Of a stretch of 64,000 nt of DNA, positions 57,418-64,000 are shown in pieces. The stretch spans positions 89,529 through 153,528 of the forward strand of contig CAZUGQ010000003.1 in the NCBI GenBank assembly GCA_964620125.1, in the 5' to 3' direction. Positions within the stretch are counted from its first letter, which is position 1, and every line of letters starts with the position of its first letter. Below the pieces are notes generated by a model. That model made no database searches. It was not told the DNA's origin and worked only from the letters and a program-made list of their open reading frames with translations. A program made the position numbers and the translations under genes. Origin of the DNA: an uncultured Hyphomicrobiales bacterium (GTDB lineage: Bacteria > Bacteroidota > Ignavibacteria > Kapaibacteriales > Kapaibacteriaceae).

Positions 57418-59678
57418 TTCGGCAGGGGGCTTTCCCACTCCTGCTTATAATCCTGTCAACGTTATGTGCCGGGCTACTCCATGCGCAGCCTAACGTGGAA
57501 GTATTCTGGTTGCCAACCAATAGGGCAGACACGGTGATGGATTTTGGGGTAACGCTAGAAGGGTTCCCTGTTCGATTGCCGTTTCATGTGATCAACCACG
57601 ATGTTGTGCCTGTTGGTATCCTGCCCACGAACAGTCAGGCAGAGCCTTACTATGCAATCGTGAACACTCCGGCATTGCCACCACCACACCAGATGAAGGA
57701 TGAGTTCGAGCGCGTAGGTAGTCTGCCATATATCGTACAACCAGGTGATACTGGAAGCTTCGAGGTTGAATACCAGGCGTGGACAGGAAGTCCGGGACAT
57801 CCTCCCGATAGCGTGGCAACAGCACTCCTGGAGATTAGAGTGGTGAAGATGACGGATTCGTTGGGTCCTGCCATCTTTCGGCGGTTTCTGCTACGCGCCC
57901 TTAAAACACGATATGCACTTGCCACCACCACACCTCTCATTCGATTCGACAGCGTGTACGTCAACCCTCAGCCAAAGCCACCACAAGAACCATACGCTGT
58001 TACAAATGCTAGTTCACTCGCCATACCGGTGGAACGACAGGTTCTAGATTTCAAAACCAGTGTGTCGGGTGATGCAGAAATCTTGATAGATACGCTGCGA
58101 GACGCCGTCTTCGCACCACGAACATCGTTGCTGTGGAACGTTGAATACAAACCCCACAACATGGGTAAAGACTCTGCACACTTCCATGTTGTGTACCGTC
58201 CGAACCCTGGCAGTGAGACCGATTCCGTTACACTCCGCGTTTCCGGTACTGGTGTGTTGCAGCAGATCGCTGTAGACAGCGCCAATGCCGTTCCGCCATC
58301 GGTTGTGGTACGGGGCGACACGATAGATTTTGGTGATGTTGATGCTGATGGCAGCGGCGGCAAGCTTGCCAGAATCATTGTCCGAAATACAGGAAACATC
58401 AACGTTCGATATACCAGTGAACGCGAAGTTGGGACAGTGGGAGATACTCTGGCCTATCAGATCGAGCGTTCTTTGCAATCTGGTGGTTCAGATCTGCTAA
58501 CGAATGCGTGGGACACCCTGTTGGTGCGATTTGCTCCAGTAAATGGCGGTCCTCACATCATCCAGTATGTGATCGAAACCGATCTGATGTCGAGGCAGGT
58601 GAAAGGTGTTCCCGACGGTGCACACCAGCGAGTATTCACCTTCCGTGGCTTTGCACGGAAACCGCAGATGGCTGTGCTGCCAACATCCGTTGACTTTGGT
58701 CCTGTTGTTCTGTTGCCTGCATGTTCCTCTGCCGTGGAGCGTACCGTTGTGGTTCGTAACGTTGGAAACATCCTTCTGCGAATTGACAGTGTGCGTGTTC
58801 ATCCTCCAACGTCGGCCATAACCGTGAACCCGCCCGAGCCTATTCCGGCGATTGAGGTTGATGGCTCGCAAACACTCATCGTGCGGTATCAACCGGCACA
58901 GATCGAACAGCTTTCGGCGTTTCTTGTTCTGTACACCAACGCGTTTGGTCCACCAGTTCACATACCACTCGCAGGCTCGGCTATTGGTGCGGACACAATC
59001 ACGGTATCCGTTCCCTCACAGGCACTTCGGCCTGGTTCCACGTTAGCACTGCCGATACATGTGGATGCTGACAGAGTCATGTTAGCCCAGACGTCGAAAC
59101 TCACGTTGAGCTTTGATCCATCGCAGTTACGGTATCGAGGATTGATCACCGGAGGCACGAGCACGGAAGGTGCAACCGTTCTGAACAGCGCCGAGAATCC
59201 TCGTGGCGTGCTCAAGCTGGAGTTCGAAGCCAACGGATCGTTTGCGGAACGCGATACCTTCGTCATCGTGGTGTTTGATACCTACCTCGGCACCAATGCT
59301 GCCACGGAGTTGGCGCTTAACAGTTCTACCACGCAGTTCGGAAATGCGGGCTGCGCCTCCATTTTACGCGTTACTACGGTGAATGGAACATTCGCAGCAG
59401 ATAGTGTTTGCGGACTCCCATTCAAGACGGCAACCAACGGCACACTAAACATGAGCATTGCTCCACTCCCTGCAGGTAACGAGGTGCATGTTACCGTAGA
59501 GAGTTCAACGGGGCAGGCGGTGCAGCTTGCACTCTACGATACCTATGGAACGTTACTTTCTACGTTCGAAGGTAGACCGCACACTCGAATTGACCTGCAG
59601 GCCCTCCCTGTGGGTTTGTATGTACTCGTGGCTCGTAGTGGTGGGCTATGGCGTGAGCGGGTGATTGTGCATCAATGA
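57411..59678 (+). CDS. secreted protein with repeated ASH/choice-of-anchor-D-type Ig-like domains and type-A T9SS C-terminal domain
   Basis: ATG at 57411 overlaps the nuoN stop (ATGGTAG). Signal peptide MVVRQGAFPLLLIILSTLCAGLLHA. Repeats of the DFG.V.....R.V.VRN.GN..L.I type. C-terminus ...GLYVLVARSGGLWRERVIVHQ. Confidence 0.7.
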   Translation: MVVRQGAFPLLLIILSTLCAGLLHAQPNVEVFWLPTNRADTVMDFGVTLEGFPVRLPFHVINHDVVPVGILPTNSQAEPYYAIVNTPALPPPHQMKDEFERVGSLPYIVQPGDTGSFEVEYQAWTGSPGHPPDSVATALLEIRVVKMTDSLGPAIFRRFLLRALKTRYALATTTPLIRFDSVYVNPQPKPPQEPYAVTNASSLAIPVERQVLDFKTSVSGDAEILIDTLRDAVFAPRTSLLWNVEYKPHNMGKDSAHFHVVYRPNPGSETDSVTLRVSGTGVLQQIAVDSANAVPPSVVVRGDTIDFGDVDADGSGGKLARIIVRNTGNINVRYTSEREVGTVGDTLAYQIERSLQSGGSDLLTNAWDTLLVRFAPVNGGPHIIQYVIETDLMSRQVKGVPDGAHQRVFTFRGFARKPQMAVLPTSVDFGPVVLLPACSSAVERTVVVRNVGNILLRIDSVRVHPPTSAITVNPPEPIPAIEVDGSQTLIVRYQPAQIEQLSAFLVLYTNAFGPPVHIPLAGSAIGADTITVSVPSQALRPGSTLALPIHVDADRVMLAQTSKLTLSFDPSQLRYRGLITGGTSTEGATVLNSAENPRGVLKLEFEANGSFAERDTFVIVVFDTYLGTNAATELALNSSTTQFGNAGCASILRVTTVNGTFAADSVCGLPFKTATNGTLNMSIAPLPAGNEVHVTVESSTGQAVQLALYDTYGTLLSTFEGRPHTRIDLQALPVGLYVLVARSGGLWRERVIVHQ

Positions 59679-60439
59679 AAACGCTCGCCATTCTGTGCTT
59701 GCTTCTGGCTATTGCCGCTGATGGTAAGGGGCAGGGGTATGCGTGGGAGTTTAGCCCTCGATTTCCGATGTTCATGCCAACTCGATTTGTTGGCATCGAA
59801 GTAAGTGGCAGCTATGCATTCCATTCGGCGAGTGTGCTGTATGTAGAAGACTTGCTTCCGTGCTGCACATTCAAGGATGGAACAGGCGTTCCACTCCGCA
59901 TTGTAGTTACTGGTGAGCAATGGTTGAATGCCAACCTGGCTGTTGGTGCTGGATTGGGTGTTCAACTTCAGTCTGCAGTTCTCACAGCTCCAGGCGACAC
60001 CTTGCCCGTGATCGACGGCAATACTGTTGAATTGATGATCACCGAGTGGGAACTGGCAACCAGCGTAACCTACGCAAGCATCGAAGCAAACTCCCGTTTG
60101 CGATTGTTCACTTCGGCTCTTTCAGTCGGTGTTGGACTCCGGGGCCACATTCGCATCACATCGCAAGCTCAGGTTATCGAAAGAATTATTCAACCCGAAG
60201 ACGCTTTCTTCCAGGATTCACAGAGCAATGAGCGTGTTTCGGCCACTGCCGACTTTGACCAGAGTGCTCTGTTTGTGCTTGAGCCCGCACTCTCGCTGCA
60301 GTATGATGTTCCATTGAGTACAGGGCTTGTGTTATCACCATCAATACTGGTATCGAAGCCCCTTACAAGCCTTAGCTCACAACAGGATTGGAGTTACCTG
60401 GCCTTGGGTTTTGGCGTAAGAATTTCCAGGGGACTCTGA
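59675..60439 (+). CDS. signal-peptide protein, putative outer-membrane beta-barrel partner (architecture parallel to the 51302 gene)
   Basis: MKTLAILCLLLAIAADGKGQ signal; 254 aa; amphipathic beta segments; ends ...YLALGFGVRISRGL. Overlaps the stop of the upstream T9SS cargo gene (ATGA). Confidence 0.45.
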   Translation: MKTLAILCLLLAIAADGKGQGYAWEFSPRFPMFMPTRFVGIEVSGSYAFHSASVLYVEDLLPCCTFKDGTGVPLRIVVTGEQWLNANLAVGAGLGVQLQSAVLTAPGDTLPVIDGNTVELMITEWELATSVTYASIEANSRLRLFTSALSVGVGLRGHIRITSQAQVIERIIQPEDAFFQDSQSNERVSATADFDQSALFVLEPALSLQYDVPLSTGLVLSPSILVSKPLTSLSSQQDWSYLALGFGVRISRGL

Positions 60440-60576
60440 AAGGTTTGCCGTGAAACTTATCGTGTTGCGAGCACACCTACGATGGCCCTTCGTAATTTCG
60501 AAGGGTGTTGTGCGTCACACCGCACGTTCAATCTCCAACAGAACATTTTTTACAATTTCAGAATAGTGGAGGAAAC

Positions 60577-61401
60577 ATGCGTTCAGGATTCCTGATGCTC
60601 TCTGTGCTTGCATTTGCCGCTGTCGTGGGATATGCGCAGACTACTACCACGCCAGCACAAACCCCAGCGACCCAGAGCAAGCTGGAGATTATTGGCGGTG
60701 ACACGTATGATTGGGGTAAAACCAAGCCGCCGACAGAGGGCCACCTGGAAGCAACCATCAAAATGAAAAATGCTGGTACGGCCGGCATGAAGTTGGTGGA
60801 AATCAAGCCAGGATGTGGATGCACTAAGACCGACCCGGATAAAATGGAAGTCCAGCCCGGTGATGTGAGCACGATGGGCGTGAAGCTGAACGTAAGCCCA
60901 TCCCAGAACGGACCAATCACGAAGAGCATCACCATCCGGTGGATGGACCTAGCCGCGTATGAGGCACGGGAAGCAGCACGCAAGTCCGGTCAAGCCGTCC
61001 CTGCCAACCTTGATACAACCGAAAAGGTTGCCTACCTGTTTTTGAAAGCCGACATTCAGCGTGCCATCGCGCTCTCGCCTAGTATCTACTTCTCTTTCCA
61101 AAACCTGGAGATTGGGCAAAAAAGCAACGCTACCGTTACCATCTCGAACAACTCCGATCAGGAGGTAACCTTTAGCGACTTTAAGGCAGACAATGGCCTG
61201 GTGTTAAGCAAGAGTGGTAAGGTTACGCTGAAGCCCGGTGAGTCCTTCGATCTTACTGCAACACTTGTACCTTCCATGAAGGGCCAATATTCTGGGCTGG
61301 CACAGTGCAAGACAAGCCATCCCGAACATCCCACGGTAGAGATTAGAGCGTACGGCTTCGTTAAGGAGAACGAAAGTCCAGTGTACCAGCAACCCAAGTA
61401 A
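60577..61401 (+). CDS. DUF1573 domain lipoprotein/secreted protein (two DUF1573 Ig-like repeats)
   Basis: ORF 60505 trimmed to MRSGFLMLSVLAFAAVVGYAQ. The first repeat has the diagnostic IKNAGTAGMKLVEIKPGCGCT. The second is FQNLEIGQKSNATVTISNNSDQEVTF. Confidence 0.7.
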   Translation: MRSGFLMLSVLAFAAVVGYAQTTTTPAQTPATQSKLEIIGGDTYDWGKTKPPTEGHLEATIKMKNAGTAGMKLVEIKPGCGCTKTDPDKMEVQPGDVSTMGVKLNVSPSQNGPITKSITIRWMDLAAYEAREAARKSGQAVPANLDTTEKVAYLFLKADIQRAIALSPSIYFSFQNLEIGQKSNATVTISNNSDQEVTFSDFKADNGLVLSKSGKVTLKPGESFDLTATLVPSMKGQYSGLAQCKTSHPEHPTVEIRAYGFVKENESPVYQQPK

Positions 61402-61472
61402 GGTTTGGTAGCCAGGGCGAGGTCAAACGTCTATACTGTCCTTTACAGCCCTGCGTTCAGCTACAACTCACA

Positions 61473-62087
61473 CTAGGCGCTCATTTCGATAAGGGAACTG
61501 CACCACGTTCGTTCCTCACTATCGTTGGTAGCAAGAATCACGACACCGCCATGTTGGCGGTGTCGTGTTATTTCTGCCCGAACCAAACTCTTGCCAGCCT
61601 CATCAAGGGTGGTAGATGGCTCGTCAAGCAAGAGCAAACGAGGCCTCCGATGAGTGGCCAGGGCAAGCATCACTCGTTGGCGCAAACCACTGCTTAGAGA
61701 TCGAACAACATCGCGAGATCGGTTTGCAATGCCAAGTCGATCCAGAGTTTGCAGTGCCTCGGTGGGTAACTGGTTCTCTCCGTGCAAGTGCGCCTGAAGG
61801 GCTAGGAGTTCCAAGGGGGTGAACTCATCGTAAAGACTGTACCATGGGGCCACCAGGCCGGTGGTGGACAGTGGTTCCGCAACAATCACCCTATCAACCG
61901 TTAAATGAACAGACCCAGCATCTGGCTGTATCAACCTGCCTAGTACTTTTAAAAGCGTACTCTTCCCGGAACCGTTCGGCCCCACGAGGCCTAGGCATTC
62001 ACCGCCGTGTACGGTTACGTTAAGGTTGCTGAAAATCGTTCGATTACCATACGACTTAGCAACCCCCTTGGCCACAAGCTCCGTCAT
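61473..62087 (-). CDS. ABC transporter ATP-binding protein (small, CcmA-like)
   Basis: Walker [10 protein letters not shown], signature LSSGLRQRV, Walker B LLLLDEPSTTLD. Start placed at MTELVAK; overlaps the upstream gene's stop. Confidence 0.8.
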   Translation of the reverse strand: MTELVAKGVAKSYGNRTIFSNLNVTVHGGECLGLVGPNGSGKSTLLKVLGRLIQPDAGSVHLTVDRVIVAEPLSTTGLVAPWYSLYDEFTPLELLALQAHLHGENQLPTEALQTLDRLGIANRSRDVVRSLSSGLRQRVMLALATHRRPRLLLLDEPSTTLDEAGKSLVRAEITRHRQHGGVVILATNDSEERTWCSSLIEMSA

Positions 62088-63709
62088 CTGCGCACCACCA
62101 CCTTGTGCAGCGTAGGCACGCCGTTGCTCGTGCACCGAACAAGGTACGTTCCCGGACTCACGGTTGGTGCAAGTTCCAGAAGTGCCACAATTCGGTCATT
62201 GTCCAGCGAAACGGTTACTGACTGCTTATCAACACCCACAAAGTTCATTGTGAGAACCTCCACGTCGACCACGTCTCCCGGTTTGGCACCCTCCACCGGT
62301 ACAAATACGTTTCTTGATGCGCTTAGAACAACTGGGTGGGGATAGGGGGATGGAATGCGTTGCGTAACGGAGCCGTCAATCCACGCTGCAATGGATGGGG
62401 GCTCTACCCGGATTCCCCACGTGGTTCCAGCAAGCAATACATCAGTGGTCAGCGGGTTCTGGAGTACTGATACAGTGAACATCTTTCTTTCGAGTGCATC
62501 CGCTCGGATGAAGGCATCTGTATCTGGCCAGGTGATGACAATTGCCGTGCTCATATCTTCCCCCCCCGCAGCCGATGGCAGGGCGCAGCGAAAGGCACGC
62601 ACCTCCATGGCTCGTAACTCGCCAGTGAATTGAATGCTTGGGGGTATGGCTTTACTATCGGCAGATAGGAATACTTCTGGTAGCAGTGCTGTGTGCGGTA
62701 GCACATCATTGGGCAGACTCCGTGACCCTGTGCGGTAAAAAAAGTCCAGGCTGCTGGCCAATCGTTGCCCAAGTGGAGCTCCAAAGGCTTCACAGGCTCG
62801 AGCCAAGGCGGGGAACGGAAGTTCACCCAAGGCTATGTTCTCCCACGCTGTTCGAAGAATGGCATCATTGCCGTTCTGGTGAAGGATGTTGCCAAAGAAC
62901 CCCCATACATACCCAGCCGAGCTGGACGTTTCGCTCATTGGCCAAGCCGCGGGTGTTTCGAACAATCGTTTGCTATAGGTTACCCAGTCAGGAACATTAG
63001 GAAGAGTGCGAATCTCCATCCAGGTTGATGTGAGCTCATACACCATCCTCTGCACATCGGTTACTCCGTAGGAGCCAATCTGGAATACATGATGCAGTTC
63101 GTGACTGCACGTTACCCGCAAACCATCGATACCAGTGGTTGCAAACACAGGATTACCATTTCGATTGCGGTCGTCAGCAGAAAAATCGTTGTCCATCTCC
63201 ATCCAAGCCGTGAAACGCTCGGGGGTCATGGCACTGATCCGCGTTTCAGGCACTGTGCGGCCATACCAGCCTAGGCCTTGCTCACCCGCCTGGCTTAAAT
63301 CGTGCAGATAAACGTCCACAGCATCAGAGCCCCCTACCAGCCCATCTCTTGGGGGCACCCGATAGCCCATGGTATCGGCAAACGTTCGCCATGCCGTGGT
63401 AAGTGCGTCAAGTCCGGCCTCAACGAAGTCTGGCAGTCCATTGTTATTGGAATCTTCGAGTGGAACGGCATCGGGGCCGGAACGCGTAAAGTGAATACGG
63501 AAGCGCCTGTCGGGACTGTCTGCAAACTCCGTTAACTGAGGCCTCTCCTCACTAGCTAGTCCGTGGCGGATCTCTGCCAGTCGTTGCACACCGGCGGCAT
63601 CGAACAAGCCACAGCGCGCGCCTAGATGGGCGTCGGAAGCCAGAAGTGAAGTGTAGGGGGCTAAGCTAAGCGCGAGGCAAACGATATAAACCCGAAACAC
63701 GGGGAGCAC
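62084..63709 (-). CDS. secreted HEXXH zinc-metallopeptidase-like protein with T9SS-type C-terminal domain
   Basis: GTG start with signal peptide MLPVFRVYIVCLALSLAPYTSLLA. HELHHVFQ motif. C-terminus SPYPHPVVL...VDVEVLTMNFVGVDKQ...GTYLVRCTSNGVPTLHKVVVRR resembles the T9SS CTD. Confidence 0.65.
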   Translation of the reverse strand: MLPVFRVYIVCLALSLAPYTSLLASDAHLGARCGLFDAAGVQRLAEIRHGLASEERPQLTEFADSPDRRFRIHFTRSGPDAVPLEDSNNNGLPDFVEAGLDALTTAWRTFADTMGYRVPPRDGLVGGSDAVDVYLHDLSQAGEQGLGWYGRTVPETRISAMTPERFTAWMEMDNDFSADDRNRNGNPVFATTGIDGLRVTCSHELHHVFQIGSYGVTDVQRMVYELTSTWMEIRTLPNVPDWVTYSKRLFETPAAWPMSETSSSAGYVWGFFGNILHQNGNDAILRTAWENIALGELPFPALARACEAFGAPLGQRLASSLDFFYRTGSRSLPNDVLPHTALLPEVFLSADSKAIPPSIQFTGELRAMEVRAFRCALPSAAGGEDMSTAIVITWPDTDAFIRADALERKMFTVSVLQNPLTTDVLLAGTTWGIRVEPPSIAAWIDGSVTQRIPSPYPHPVVLSASRNVFVPVEGAKPGDVVDVEVLTMNFVGVDKQSVTVSLDNDRIVALLELAPTVSPGTYLVRCTSNGVPTLHKVVVRR

Positions 63710-63714
63710 CCCGA

Positions 63715-64000
63715 TTATCGGAACATCTCTTTAATCATGCCCCAGGTGCGTTTGATGCTGCTAACGCTATGGGAAACACCGGCCGTTACGCTGTAGTCGG
63801 CCGTCCTGTCAGTTCGCACGAGCCGCAAACGATAGGTGAAATAACTTGCTGCAACCTTGTTGCCATCAGGTTTATTGAAGGCTTCATTGTCGGTGTACTC
63901 ATACGTCTGGTTGTTCCCCTTTGCCTCGACCGTAGCTACGTATCGGAAGATGCCATCCTGTCCGGCGCGCTCAACTTCGTACTTGGCAACATTGTTTTCC
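63715..64000 (-). CDS. 3' end of an upstream minus-strand gene (5' end beyond the window), product unknown
   Basis: Open minus-strand frame to the window edge ending ...YSVTAGVSHSVSSIKRTWGMIKEMFR* with stop TAA (+strand TTA 63715-63717). Same strand and 6-nt spacing from the metallopeptidase gene. Confidence 0.45.
   Translation of the reverse strand, partial: ENNVAKYEVERAGQDGIFRYVATVEAKGNNQTYEYTDNEAFNKPDGNKVAASYFTYRLRLVRTDRTADYSVTAGVSHSVSSIKRTWGMIKEMFR

Overview
The window is 64 kb from a bacterium of the FCB group (Bacteroidota/Rhodothermota/Chlorobi-like). This placement is inferred from several type-A T9SS C-terminal sorting domains, a b558-type SdhC, DUF1573 and SBBP beta-propeller cargo proteins; GC is about 55%. 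The housekeeping content is as follows. sdhCAB sits with an OmpR-type response regulator fused to the operon end. There is a complete sufBCDS cluster with a SufE-DUF59 fusion gene. Downstream of it, on the same strand, lie a ferredoxin-NADP-reductase-like reductase (FNR-like, with a [2Fe-2S] domain), an Rrf2 regulator, iscA, a superoxide dismutase gene, a LON-N domain gene and pth. The window also holds pdxJ, mltG, a Rieske oxygenase, an isolated nuoM-nuoN pair, two ABC ATPases, and a two-gene membrane pair whose topology resembles GldL/GldM. The accessory content dominates. Three large SBBP/Ig-repeat proteins carry T9SS C-terminal domains. A 22-kb co-directional array of 11 genes (30.1-52.1 kb) encodes signal-peptide-bearing fibre/adhesin-like paralogs built from tail-fibre-like and YadA-head-like repeats. 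These paralogs share an N-terminal module and two distinct conserved extreme-C-terminal modules that I do not recognise. The array ends with a T9SS-CTD protein plus a partner gene for a small putative outer-membrane protein. A second copy of this cargo-plus-partner arrangement follows nuoN. Non-coding highlights are: (1) a palindromic repeat family (TACCGGGA-N7-9-TCCCGGTA) at four intergenic loci, two of them amplified into 7x and 6x tandem arrays; (2) an 8-bp simple-sequence repeat (x11) abutting the start codon of one array gene, a phase-variation signature; (3) a multi-TM/GAF sensor histidine kinase apparently inactivated by an in-frame stop plus a frameshift.
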